Assembly (NCBI RefSeq): GCF_009914755.1
Contig: NC_060925.1
Origin: the human T2T-CHM13v2.0 reference genome, Homo sapiens
Length of the DNA: 64,000 nt
Strand: one strand, 5' to 3'
The notes below the pieces were generated by a model. That model was not told the origin of the DNA, ran no database searches, and was given only the letters and a program-made list of their open reading frames with translations. The translations under genes and the position numbers were made by a program. Positions 13,930-27,274 of the stretch are shown piece by piece. The number at the start of each line of letters is the position of its first letter. Position 1 is the stretch's first letter.

Positions 13930-14530
13930 GTTAGTTGTTGGCAGCTGCACTTCACTCTCTGGACTAAATATTTATTGCCCCACTCACCTCTAAACCACTT
14001 TCTACACTGTAGCATGACCATGTTGTTCTTCCACTAATATGATTCAGTGCTCCACCGTGTCCCCTCATTGCCTACAGAGCCAAATATAAATTAATTAGCA
14101 TGACTAATGCCCAGAGGACTTGGCCCTTGTCTTCCCCCAAGCCACCTCTGCCTTCCCTCCCACTTCACAATCCAGCCACATGAACAACCTGTCATTCTCC
14201 AAACACAGAATGCTCTCTAAAGGGTCTATGCTTCTGTCCTGAACATACTTTCCCCACTGGAAACTGCCTACTCATTCTTTAAGACCCAATGCGAGGCCTA
14301 CTTCTACTATAAACTTCCCCTGCCTCTTCCAGACAGACCCTGGGGCTCCTTCTCCAAAGCTCTTTTGCAGCTTATAGCACTTTATATTATAGATGTTTAT
14401 AACTCTGTCTCCCCAAATAAACCATAAGCTCCTTTATGGCAGGGGCCACGTCTTATTTCATCTGTTCCCCTAATACCTGGCAAAGTCTCTGGCACATAGT
14501 AGACACCCAATATTAAACTAATGAATGAAT
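13930..14530 (+). mobile_element. L2 relic with 3' end
   Basis: Ends 'ggcacatagtagacacccaatatt...atgaatgaat'. Confidence 0.65.
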
Positions 14531-15931
14531 CATTAGGTCAGATATTTGCAATTAATGTGGATTCCTCACTTGTGCATGTGTTTTTCTAATGTATGCTTGT
14601 TTCAATGTATTCACTTCTTAAGCATGAGTGAATGACAGAGAACAGAAGCTTATATCCTGGGCATTTCAGCATCGGTTGGCACTGGATGCCATCTGCCATT
14701 GGTAGAACTGCTGCATGAAGGCAGGCATCCTAGAGAGGTCAAGTTGGAGACAGTCCACATGTAGCCTACCCATTGTGTATCCATTTGACAGACCTGTTAA
14801 CAGGTAACTTGCCAACAAGCCCTTAGGAGCTCTTCTGTCTGCTTCCTAAATCCATTTTGGAGCAAAAATCTATTTTATTAGCTGAAGACAGAATAGACCA
14901 ATTCCAAATATTTGGAAAAGCTTAATCTTGCAAATTAGCTAGCTGTCCTCTGGCCACATGGTGGCCACTTGTGTGGGAGGAAAGTAGGCCCATCTCAGGA
15001 CAGACCTTTCTCTGTTTCTTGAGAAAACACAATAAAACACCCTTCCTCTTTCATCCACATCTGGCGGCTGCAAAAACAGTGACCCATGGAATTCACATTT
15101 TCATACTTGACTATGGCAGGCCAGTGTCCAGAGGTTATTCTTGCTGTGTTTATGAAAGAGTGAAGCCTGTCAGGATAAGAAGGCTTCTGATAGAGTGCTT
15201 ATTGAGAAAACATGCAGAGGTTTCTGTTTCCCCAAATTAGAGAGGGAGCTTATGATAAGAATCCTTTTCATTAATTTCTTCTCCTCAACTGCTTCCCTGC
15301 TGTCCTGTGGCATAATTAAGAGCCTTGAGGTTCAGCCTTGTGAACAAAGTCCTAGAGAAAATTCCCCAAAGAACAGCTTAGGGGATCCTGTCAAAATTTT
15401 ACAAGACTTCAAGGAAATCATATTATACCCATAATAGGGCCACCATGCTAAGAGAACTGAAAAGAATTTTTCTTACCACCATTTTTGGCTGGAGATGTAT
15501 CAGTTCATCATGCTCGTATTATAAACTGAGTGCTGACTGTTCACTCATCTTCCTTGGGTAAGCAGGAATGGCCTAGAGAGATGAGAATGGCACCTTCCAA
15601 AAGTTCCAGATTGGAGACTGATCCATCCCACAATGAAATGGCACATCAGTCTGAATAGGATTCAGCAAAGAAGTTATAAGGACAAATAAGCAGACGGGGG
15701 GAAGTGATGAGACAGAAGGTTCCAAGTGGACAATGGAAGGGATTCTTGGGCTATAGCATCTTAGAAGCACTAACATCTAAGTGAAAACTGAAAGCCAAGA
15801 AGGAGTTGGTCAGTACAGAAGGAGAAACACCATTCTAAGCACAGGGAAAGTCCTAAGTGAAGGCCTGAAAGCAAAGATGTCTGGGTGGGTTGGGGTGCTG
15901 CAGTGAGGTTGGGGAGGTAGAAAGAAGTCTG

Positions 15932-16074
15932 ACACATTGGGTACAGGGTACACCACTTGGGAAATGGGTGCACCAAAATCACAGAAATCACCACCAAAGA
16001 ATTGACTCATGTAAACAAACACCACCTGTTTCCCAAAAACCTATTTAAATTAAAAATAGTAAATAAATAAATAA
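15932..16074 (+). mobile_element. L1PB1-like 5'-truncated insertion with TSD
   Basis: L1PB 3'UTR 'gggtgcaccaaaatcacagaaatcaccac'; TSD aaagaagtctg at 15921-15931 and 16075-16085. Confidence 0.85.
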
Positions 16075-16399
16075 AAAGAAGTCTGTGTGTAATACTAAGG
16101 AGCTCAGATTTATTTCCTCTTCACAAGGAACAGCCAGTTCAGGGTTTAATCTGGGAATGGCCTGGCCTGCTTTGCGGTTTAGAAATCTCTGCCTGTAGAG
16201 TATCATAGATAAGAGAGTGTCAGTTACGATATAAGCACTTCCAAGACCATGGTTGAAATACAATCAAAATATCCTAAAACGGCCATCACTATTCCTAGCA
16301 TCTGCTTACTCTAGGACCTCGAGTAAGTTTCTTAAACTTTCTGAAGGTCCATTTTCTCATGTGTAAATGAGAGTGTTGGTAAGAATTTATTTAAAAAAT

Positions 16400-16610
16400 A
16401 ATGTATCGTTGAGTGTTTACTATGGGCCGGACACTCTTCTACATGCTTTCCTAAAACAGACTTATTTACTGCTCTCAACAACTCAATCAGGTAGGTACTA
16501 TTATTACTCTCTTTTACAGAGGATAAACTGAAGCCTAGAGAGGTTAGTAACTCGTTTAAGGTTTACAGTTAGTACTAAGTGAACCTGGGATTGCAAACAG
16601 GGAATCTACC
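16400..16610 (-). mobile_element. MIR relic
   Basis: 'ttttacagaggataaactgaagcctagagaggtt'. Confidence 0.7.
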
Positions 16611-17284
16611 TTTCAAGCATTTCTCCCCCACTTCCCTCATTACCACCCCATACCATCTAATTAAATAATATAAGCATTTAAAGTATTGAGTACAGGGCCT
16701 GAAACACATAGTGTAAGAAACCTGCAAAAGTATCATACAAGAGAGCTAAGCATAGATGTGACATTAATAAAGGTATGCTTCAGAAATACCAGACCAGAAT
16801 GCCACCTCTTCTTTCAAAGTTAGACCTGAATTACCCTCTTTAAGATGTAGGAAGTTAGAATATAAAACAATAAATTAATACCATAGGATATAGATCAGGA
16901 AGGGCCTTTACATGTCAGCTGGTCCAGTCCACTCTTACTCAGTTAAGAAGGAGATCCTCTAGAGGCAGGTACTGGGGAGGGCCAAAGGGCAGAAAGCAAG
17001 TTAGCAAGGTTCCCAGGTGCTATCACCTAAGTTCTGGTTCAGTATTCACACCAATTGCACTATGCTTTCTTGCTGATGCTTGGGGGCAAAAAAAAAAAAA
17101 AAAAAAAAAGTAAAACCCAAGCACAGTAATCATTGTGTTCACAGTTCATAGAGCCCACAGGCACACATCTCAACCCTTGCTCTTCCCTTCAGAGTGCTCA
17201 TCAGCCTTTCCCTGAGAACAGAGGTACTTCAAGGACATCTGCTTCTGACTCTCAGAATAAGAAAAACATTTGAGACAGTGCTGA

Positions 17285-17619
<335 letters not shown>

Positions 17620-17744
17620 TGATATTTTTAATCCCTGTTGTAATCCAACCCTACTTGTGGAGCCCTGCAAACCCATCAGAATCCTCCTATTTTTCTGCTC
17701 CCCATTTCCCTGCCTCCTCTTCTTCCCTAGCCATTTCTGGAAGC

Positions 17745-17935
17745 ACCAGGGCTTTAGAGACAGCCAACTTGGGTTGGGATCATAACTTTGCCACTTCATA
17801 GTTGGGTGGCTATTGAGCAAGCTACTAAATTACTTAATTTACCTGAGCTTCAGTTTCCAAATTTATAAAATGGGCTAGTTATATCTTCCTCAAATAGCTG
17901 TAGTAAAGATTAAATGAAATCACATTCACGAAGGA
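17745..17935 (+). mobile_element. MIR relic
   Basis: 'ctgagcttcagtttcc...ataaaatggg...gattaaatgaaat'. Confidence 0.65.
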
Positions 17936-18238
17936 CAAAGTTTGTGAATTCTCTATAAATTATTCTCCTCCCTTTTTTATAAGCCTGAGCAGTGTACCCC
18001 CTACATCAAAGTGGAGAAATAGAACTAAAATGCTAACTTATATTTTTATGGTGCTTGAAGTTTACAAATTACTTTTACTTGACATTTCACATTTGATTTG
18101 ATTTACTGATAGGTTAGTAACATTCCATTCCCCAAGTACCTGTTGAAACTTAACAGTACCTATCTCACAGTACTGCTATAAGAATTGAGTGAATTAAGAC
18201 ATTCAAACGTTTAGGGGAGAATCATATATTATGATTTA

Positions 18239-20189
18239 CAGACATACCTCATTTTATTGCACTTTTGCTTTAGTGCACTTTGCAGATGTTACATTCTTTA
18301 CAAATTGAAAGTTTGTGGCAACACTGCCTTAAGCAAATCTATCAGCACCATTTTCCAACAGCATGTGCTCACTTTATATCTCCATGTCACATTTTGGTAA
18401 TCCTCACAATATTTCAAACATTTACATTATTATATGTTTTATGGTGATCTGTGATCAACGCTCTGTGATCAGATGTTACTGCTGTGGTTATTTGGGGGTG
18501 CCACGAACCACATCCAAGATGGTGAACTTAATTGATAAATGTGCATGTTATGACTACTCCAACCACTGGCCATTCTCCCTTCTCTCTCCCTCTCCTCAGG
18601 CCTCCCTATTCCTTGAGATGCAACAATATTAAAATTAGGCCAATTAATAACTCTACAATGGCCTCTTAAGTGTTCAAATAAAAGAAGAGTCACACATCAC
18701 ATCTCTCACTTTAAATCAAAGACTAGAAATGATTAAGCTTAGTGAGGTAAGAATGTCAAAAACCAAGATGGGGCCAAAGTCTAGGTCTCTTGTGCCAAAG
18801 AGTTAGCCATGTTGTGAATGCAAAAGAAAAGTTCTTAAAGAAAACTAAAAATGCTACTCCAGTGAACATACAGGTGATAAGAAAGAGAAACAGCCTTACT
18901 GCTCACATGAAGAAAGTTCCAGTGGTTTGGGTAGATAATCAAACCAGCCTCAACATTCATTTAAGCCCAAGCCTAATCCAGAGCAAAGCCTTAATTCTCT
19001 TCAATTATATGAGAGAGGTGAAGAAGCTGCAAAAGAAAAGTTGGAAGCTAGCAGAGGTTGGTTCATGAGGTTTAAGGAAAGAAGCTGTCTCCAGGTGAAG
19101 CAGCAAATGTTGATGTGGAAGCTGCAGAAAGTAATTCAGAAGATCTAGTTAAGATCATTGATGAAGGTGGCTATACTGAACAACAGATTTTCAATGTAGA
19201 AGTAAATGTAAACAATCTTCTGTTGGAAGAAGATGCCCTCTAGGAATTTCTTACCTAGAGAGGAGAAGTCAATGCCTGGCTCTAAAGCTTCAAAGTACAG
19301 GCTGACTCTCTTGTTAGAGGCTAATGCAGCTGGTGACTTATGTTGAGCATGACCGTTTCCTAATGCTAATGCTTATTGACCATTAGGGAAATCCTAGGGC
19401 TCTTCAGAACTCTGCTAAATCTACTCTACCTGTGTTCTAGTAATGCAACAACAAAGCCTGGATGACAGCACAATTTATTCACAGAAGAGTTTACTGAATA
19501 CTTTAAGCTCACTGTTGAGACCTACTGCTCAGATAAAAAGATTCCTTTCAAAATATTCCTGTTCATTGACAATACACCCAGTCACCCAGGGGCTCCAATA
19601 CAGCTGTACAACAAGATTAACATTGTTTTCGTGCCTGCTAACACAACATCTATCCTGTAGCCCAAGGATCAAGGAATAATTTTGACTTTCAAGACTTATT
19701 ATTTAAAAAATACATTTAATAAGGTTATCGCTGCCCTTGATGGTGATTCTTCTGATGGATCTGGGCAAAGAAAATTGACAACCTTCTGGAAAAGACTCAC
19801 CATTCTAGATGCCATAAAGAACATTTTCAATTCATGGGAAGAGGTCAATAATTAATGGGAATTTGGAAGAAATTGACTCCAACCCTCATGGATGAATTTG
19901 AGGAATTCAAAACTTCAGTAGAGGAAGTAATAGCAGATATGGTGGAAATAGAAAAAGAACTAGAATTAGAAGTGGAACCTGAGGATGTGACTAAATTGCT
20001 GTAATCTCATGCTAAGACTTGAACAGATGAGAAGTTGCTTCTTATGAATGAGCAAAGAAAGCAGTTCATTAAGATACAATCTAATTCTGGTGAACATCCC
20101 ATGAACATGATTGACATGAAAACAAAGGATCTAGAATATTACATAAACTCAGCTAATAAAGCACTGACAGGGTTTGAGAGGATTGACTC
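18239..20189 (+). mobile_element. Tigger1 DNA transposon (TcMar-Tigger), left TIR present, right end missing
   Basis: TA followed by 'cagacatacctcattttattgc' matches the Tigger1 start; homology stops at 'gagaggattgactc'. Confidence 0.95.
18658..20022 (+). pseudogene. Disrupted Tigger1 (pogo/CENP-B-like DDE) transposase
   Basis: ATG in 'acaATGgcctct'; ORF 18790-19068 '[10 protein letters not shown]...IRKRNSL...[11 protein letters not shown]'; multiple frameshifts and stops. Confidence 0.9.
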
Positions 20190-21243
20190 AGGCCCTTCCA
20201 ACTGCAGAGCTGGAGCTACTGAAGGGTGCTTATGTTAGTGGCCTGTTTCACATTGGCCTACCCAGATGTTTTAATTCAGAATTTCCCGTGTGGTAATCAG
20301 TCTCATCATGTTATTTCCTGCCTGCACTTCTAACCTCCCTCATTTGGGATCATTTGTATTGCTTTTCTGTGCTGCTCATGTTTACCCAGGGCCTGATTTA
20401 GAATCATCTGCAAATTTCATCAAAGGGCATTTATTCACCACCTACCCAGGGAAACATCAGGGGCCAAATGAAATGCCAATGGCAGAGCTTGCATTCTGAT
20501 CACCTTCTTCCTTTTCACATTTCTCTAAATAACTGCCCTCAAAGTAGGTTAGCACTATCCTGAAAACCTGTGGCTTTGGGTCAGAGAGACCTGGGTAGGA
20601 ACCTTGGGCAAATTACTTAACCTTTACATAACCTTTCTGAACTTCAGTTTCTTTCTATCTGGGAAGCAGGAATAATTACATCCACCCCAAAGGTTTGTTT
20701 GGGGTGTTAGAATTACATGTGGCATGTGGAGCAGTCTAATACAGGGCCTGGAGCAACCTACTCCCCGTCCCTGGCCCCCTCTTTAAAGGCTCTGTGAATA
20801 GCTCTCTAGCAAACAGAAGTTTTTGCTTCTGAAAAAGGTTTCTTTCTCTTTATCTGAATAGCATCATAAGGAGTTTTCCTAGCAATGACATAATATTGCC
20901 CATGTATTTGTTAACACACCTTTATGTATAGAATAATTATCTTTGGTGTGCAAATAAAGAGGGAAAAAGAAAGCATAGGTCTCTGATGAGTGACCTTGGG
21001 GGAGTTATTTAATCTTGCTAAGCCTCTTTTTATTTAGCTTCTATAAGCCTTTATATTTTACATTGCTTTCAGGGTTAAATAAAGAAGTGTGAGTATAATG
21101 TCAGGCTATAATAGGTGCTCCATACATCACTTGGTTCTGAGTTTGAATTCCCCTCTTCCATTTACCAACTTAGAGACCCCTATGAGATCTAATTTCCACA
21201 TCCATCAGATGGACATAATACTTATCTTTAATGTGGTTGTGAG

Positions 21244-21732
21244 TGATGCAGGATAGACGAGCCCAAAAGTGGAGCTTAGCCTACAAGGGTTCTTGGCTTT
21301 GCCCAGGGAAGAATTCAAGGGCAAGCCAGAGGTAGAAGAAAACAGCTTTATTGAAGAGGCACTGTTACATCTCTGGTGGTGTTACAGCTTCATGACTGCC
21401 CCTGCAGAGCAGGGCTACCCCACAGACACAGGTTAGCAGCTCAGGGCAGTTTTGCAGTCATATTTATACCCACTTTTAATTGCATGCAGATTAAGGGGCA
21501 GTTTATGCAAATGTTTCCAGGGAAGGGGTAGTAGTTTTCGGGTCATAGGGTCATGCCATGGAGAGAGGCAGTGACTCCCAGGTGTTGCCATGGCAAAGAC
21601 AAATTGACATGGCACACTGGTGGGCATGTCTGATTGCAAAGCTGCTTCCACCCTGGCCCTGTTTTAGCTAGTCCTCAATCTGGTTGGGTGTCTGAGACAC
21701 ACTTCTGGTGTTGAGTCCCGCCTCCTAACTCA
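21244..21732 (-). mobile_element. ERV1 solo LTR (MER66-like) inserted into a MIR
   Basis: TG...CA termini, 489 bp, 4-bp TSD tgag (21240-21243 and 21733-21736); minus strand begins 'tgagttaggaggcgggactc'. Confidence 0.8.
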
Positions 21733-22299
21733 TGAGAATCTATGCGATAATATAAGTGGACATGCCTAACATACAGAAGGCACTTAGTATATGGTAAGAC
21801 CTATTCCCTTTCTTTTCATGAACATTTTTGTGTGGTGTTGTCATTGTTAGGGACAGTAAATAATCACCATGATACAGTATAATCCACAAAGGCAAAACAG
21901 TGAAATATATTTCTTTCTTTGCTGGGTTCTTAAGAGTTAACCTTGGGATGTGGCTGAAACATCAAGATGGTTCTGCATAATAAAACCTTTATTAGGCGAT
22001 CACATTTGTTTCATATCAAAATCACTCAGATCCAAAGATGCATTCCAAGCAGTTGACATCCATTTCAGTTGGATGCTAATCCAATTTTTAAAAATTAAAC
22101 CAAATTGACAAGAAGCTGATATTATGTATGTTACCAGGACATCCTCCTGGGAACGAAGTGGGTAGACAGGCTGTCAAAACAGAACTGAAGATGCACCTTT
22201 TTCTCATTTCAGCTAGAATCTGCAGCTTCAGAAAAGATGGAAACAACCCGATGGAATCTCATAAATTACTCCAGCCACAGCCTTTCTGCCATTCACTTT

Positions 22300-23080
22300 A
22301 CATTGACTAAAAACCAACATAGCTCATGTTCTTTCTGTAGTCATTTGATCCTGGAACCCCAGCACTGGAAGGGCCCTCAGAATGCTTGCCCCCTTTCCTC
22401 TCCAGCAACTCCTGACACCAAGCAGCCACCAAACCCTGCCCATTCTAGCCTCTTGCCATCACTTAAATCTGTCTCTCTCTCTGCATCCCAGCCCATACTT
22501 CCCTGGTCAATCCCTCATCACATCTACCCTGTACTACTGCATTCAAGTCCCAAATCTTCGGGACTCTGCCAGTCCATCCTCTATATTGCAGTCGAAATCT
22601 TTATATCAATATGAGCATGCCACTCTCTGATTAAAACCTTCTGGTGTCTCGACTCAGGATAAAAGACAAGTGTTTCCTGGGCTGCCAATGCTCTTGGTAT
22701 GCTCTATCCCCTTCCTATTTCTTAGGATCCCTCCCCTGCCACTGCCCCCATTATACTTTACACCCCAGCCATAATTAACTTTGAATTTCTCTTTTGTTTC
22801 TGGAAGGCTCTAATACACCCAATACTCTCGACAGCTCCTATGTGCCCTTCAAAACTAACAACATAACTTTGGGCCTTTACTGACCTCTATACCCACCCCA
22901 GGCACAGTTATCTGTTCTCTTGCTTGTGGGCCCATACACTTTGTACCTGCCCTATTTACACTGTCTGAAGATTATTTGTTGTCATGTCTGTTTTCCTCCA
23001 TATGCCTTGAATTCCTTGAAAGCTAAAGCTATATGATGCCACCCTTAATTCCCCATGTTTATTGAGTAGGTGTGCATGCA
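22300..23080 (+). mobile_element. L2 relic
   Basis: Degenerate L2 motifs ('caggataaaagacaag', 'atttgttgtcatgtctg...ttccttgaa'). Confidence 0.5.
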
Positions 23081-23364
23081 TTCAATCTGGAAATATTCAT
23101 TGCACATCTACTATGTGTGCGGCTCCAGAGATCTAAAGATGAACATGTAACCTACACTCAAAGGCCTTATAACCTGGATGTGCAGCGACTACAGAGAGAG
23201 TCAAATAGTAATGTGATGTGGCATGGTAAACAGAAGCACAAGATGCTCCCATGGGAGCCCCAACGAGGGGTCTTGACCAATCTGGGTAGAGAGGAGGGGA
23301 GAAAAAAACTCCTTAATGGAGGAGATACATGTTATTTCCTTCAAATTGAATAGTGTTTAGACTT

Positions 23365-26300
23365 TTAGAATTTCAGGTTTATGGTTCAAGATAGCAGATA
23401 AGGCAACCCACTCATATAAGAGCCCATTAAACAAAGTTGTACAAAATAGAATACATAAATCATTATTAGTTCTAATCAAAAAAAAAAGAGCATGATACCC
23501 ACACAACAGAGATTTACTCGGGTTTCCATGGAGGGCAGAAAGCAAACGGGATCACTGAGGCTTAAACTGGAGCGTAAGAACTCAGTGGAAGACACAAGCA
23601 GAGGACTGTGGTGTGTGCGCTGTGTCACCTGATGGATCCCTGGAATGCTGTCAGCTAGGGAAGGTCATGAGTGTGCTGATCTTATTGAAGAAAAAACAGG
23701 ATAGCCAAGAAGGCTATGGAATGGGCCATGGTGAGGGAGTCAAGCCTAGGCTGGAGATGGCCCATAGTCTGGACAGGGGCTATGGATGGAGGCAGAGAAG
23801 AGTTCAGCATAAATCCCCAACCTTTCCTTGACCTGAAAAAAGAGAGGAAGGATGCTTCTGTGAAGAAGGGAAATGTGCTGCAGTGCTCCAACCCAAGGAT
23901 CAACTCAGCGTGGACACTGTGGGGCTGCAAGCAAACTGGCCTGCTCCCCATCATGCACAATAAAGACAAGCCTGCCACTCAGCAAGACACACTCATCTGC
24001 ACCGAGCTCACCATCAGCTCACCAATCTAGAGAAAAGGCATTTTGGGTAAACAACCTGCAGGATTGCAGGATTACAAAGGGAACCTATGCCAGCTACGTA
24101 TGCTATCAAGCAAGAGATTCACAAATAAAAGGAAGTCAACTGGGTCCACCTTTGAGGAAAACTGATGAGAAAGAAAAAGACAAACATTAAGAAAATGCAA
24201 ACGACAGAATCTGGAGGAATAGAAATAAGCAAGAAACAGAAGAGAATTTTCAAAATAAATTTAATGTGTAATCTCTGAGAAATTTGAAGTTATTGTTGCT
24301 ATGAGAAAGAGGGAGTCAAGGGTTCTTGGAAATGTAAACTATGTTTGTCAACATTTTTGAAATTTAGTGGAGGTGCTAAGTAATAGATTAGTTATGGTTA
24401 AAGACCAAATTAGTAATTTGAAAAATGAAGTCAAAAATATCTCTTGGAACATGCAGCAAAAGGTGAGGAGAAGGAAAATACAAGAAAATTAAAACTTAAA
24501 CTAAATGGAGAATAAATCCAGAAGGATCAGCATTCCTTTAATAAGAGTTTCAGACATGAAAAAACTAGGTGGAGAAATTAGTGAAGGCTGTGAGAGTTCC
24601 AATGTTATCAAAGAAAAAACAGGAAGAAAATATTTTTTATCTTAAATGGAGATGCAATTCTTCATGTTGAAAGAGCTATTCCAATATGACATGTGATGGA
24701 TGTAAAAAACAAACAAAACAAAAACCCACTCCCAGTCATAGTCTGATAAAATGTCAAGGAGACAGTCCTAAAAGCTGTCAAAGGATGTGAGCGTAAATGT
24801 ACTTACAAAGGACAAAAATCAGACTGCGCTCAGATCTTGTTTCAACAATACTAGACCCCAAATGACAGAGGACAAGTGTCTCCAAAGTTCTGAGGAGACA
24901 TGTTTTTGAACCTAGAATTCTATAAGCAGTGTGAAGCTTAATTAAAGAAATTCCAGTATTTGGGAGGATTCTGAAATGTTAGGTCGTAGAAAAAACAAGG
25001 CTCCTCTTAGCCTCCACCACGGATAAAGTTATCCACATTGTATTTCCAGAAAACTGTGAATATGTTACCTTTCATTACAGAAGAAACTTTGCAGATGCAA
25101 TCAAATTAAAGACCTTGACATGAGTCATTAAAAGCAAGATACTTTAATACCTTTGTTAATTAGCTTGATTTAGCCATTCCACAGTATACACATATTTCAA
25201 TACATCATTTTATACACCACAAATATATACCATTTTGATTAGTCAATTAAAAGAATCAACGTCTTCTTTAAAAACCAATAAACCTTCAACACTGTGGTTA
25301 GAGGGAAATGTTACTACAAAATCATGGTCAGGGACATGTAATGTTACTGGTGTTGTAGATGGAGGAAGGGGCCACAAGCCAAGGGATGCCAGTGGACCTC
25401 TAGAAGCTGAAAAAGGCAAGGAAACAGACTTACTCCAAGAGCCTTCAGACAAGAGCTCATCCCTGTGGATACCTTGATTTTAGCCTAGTGGGATGCATAT
25501 CAGCCGTCTAACCTACAGAACTGTAGATAATAAATCTGAGTTGTTTCAAGCCACTAAATTTGTGGTAATGTGTTAGAGCAACTAGAGTTACCTCCCAAAC
25601 TCCACTTCAAAAAACAATTACTTAAGGATATAATCTAGCAAAATGAAAGTAGAAGCTAAGAAGGAGAAACATACTTGATACAAGATACGATGGAAGTAAT
25701 CCAGAAGTAAATGTAAAGACAGGGTTGACAGCTATGCAACAGATCTAACAAGCATTCCACCAAAATTAAAACAAAAAGCTAAAGGTTTTGTGAAAATCTT
25801 AAAGGAGAAAGTAAATTCCATTTCAAACATTATAGGTTTGAGAAGCACAGGATCTTAAATATTTGATGAAGACATTTATATCTTCTATGAATTAAAAAAA
25901 GATTAATTAGGGACTTTGGGAAAGATTAGAAGGCATATACAAAAGTCATGCCCCAAATATGTATGATTTTAAACAATTGACAGAGTTAGAAAAGCGAATC
26001 CATTTACCCCTGATAACAGACATGTTGCCCTTTATGCCCATGGCTTAGAGTTATCATTTCTTCTCCATGGGTTCAATCCCATACTTAGATTCTGTAGTAA
26101 ATATTGCTTGCCCAATTACAATATTTGATATGCTTCTTTGGAATATTTAGAATCAACCTATAGGCGAAACAATTAAGGTTTAGTAATAACGATAGTACAG
26201 GATGTAATTGGTATAAACACTGAAAATATAAAAATGATGTTGGCCATCAGGAGTCAAGAAAGGTGGAAGGAGAGGGGAAGAAAGTGCAGTCCAAGAGTGT

Positions 26301-26390
26301 CCTCTCACTTGGTGGGAAGTCAGTTGATGCTGTCTAAACTGCTGACAAAAAAAAGAAGTTTAAATATATATTTTTTAACTTGTAAAAATA
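23365..26390 (+). mobile_element. Ancient L1ME/HAL1-like element (5'UTR and ORF1-like), interrupted by MLT1D
   Basis: 5' 'ttcaagatagcaga'; ORF1-like 'aaaaatcagactg...ttttgaacctagaattctata'. Confidence 0.55.
24983..25591 (+). mobile_element. MLT1D-like solo LTR containing a short L1MA 3' fragment (~25140-25255)
   Basis: 'ctgtgaatatgttacc...actttgcagatg' and 'aagccactaaatttgtggtaat'. Confidence 0.75.
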
Positions 26391-26582
26391 ATTATTTATT
26401 TAACAAATATTTACTGAGTGACTACGCTAGGCATCTTTCTAGGTATTAGGAATATAACAGTAAACAGACAAAACCCCTTTAATCGTGGAGTTTACAATTT
26501 AGCGAGGTGAAACATACAATAAACAAATAAATGATTGACTTATCTATTTATAGTAAGTCAAATGGTGGTCAATACTACAAAG

Positions 26583-26814
26583 CAGGGGTCAGCAAGCTTT
26601 TTCTGTAAAAAGCAAATAAATAGTAAATATTTTAAATTTTTCAGGCCATAAGTCATCTCTGTCACACACAACTTTGCCACTGTAGCAGGAAAGCAGTCAT
26701 AAACAATATATAAACAAATGTATGTGACTTTGTTTTAATAAAACTTTACTTACAAAAGCAAGCAGTGGGCTCAAGTTGACCCACAGCCCATGAGTCATAG
26801 TTTGCACACTATTG
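26583..26814. mobile_element. MER58A (hAT-Charlie MITE)
   Basis: 'caggggtcagcaagctttttctgtaaa'; degenerate 8-bp TSD ctacaaag / ctataaaa. Confidence 0.8.
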
Positions 26815-27151
26815 CTATAAAAAATAAAATAATAATAAGCAGGAATGAGGACTAGGGAGAGCCATAAAGAGAAGGGTTGCCATTTTAAACAGGGAGATGA
26901 GAGAAGGCCATGGGAGAAACAGATATTTGGACAAGGAGCTGAAGAAGGGGAGGGAGTGAGCCTTAGATCCCATGTCTGGGGGGGAAAATGTTCTGGGCAG
27001 AGAGAACAGCAAGTGTAAAGACTGAGGTGGGAGCATGCAACAAAGGAACCACGAGGCTGGAGCAAGAAGAGGGAGGAAGAGAGCAATGGGGGGCAGACCC
27101 AAGGCTGGATTTTGCAGGAGGATTGCAATTGCAGGTCTGAGCAGGAGATTG

Positions 27152-27274
27152 TGTAGTCTTGCAATACAAGTGTGGTCCTCCAACCAGCAACATCAGATCC
27201 CTTGGGATCAGAATCTGCACTTTAACAAGATCCCTAGTTGAATCCTATGCCCATTAAAGTTTGAAAATCACTGG
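27152..27274. mobile_element. MER5-like MITE
   Basis: 'atcagaatctgcactttaacaagatccc...aaagtttgaaaatcactg'. Confidence 0.7.

Noticed and set aside
14685-14702. CTCF-like 'gccatctgcca'
   Set aside because: Mismatches at key core positions
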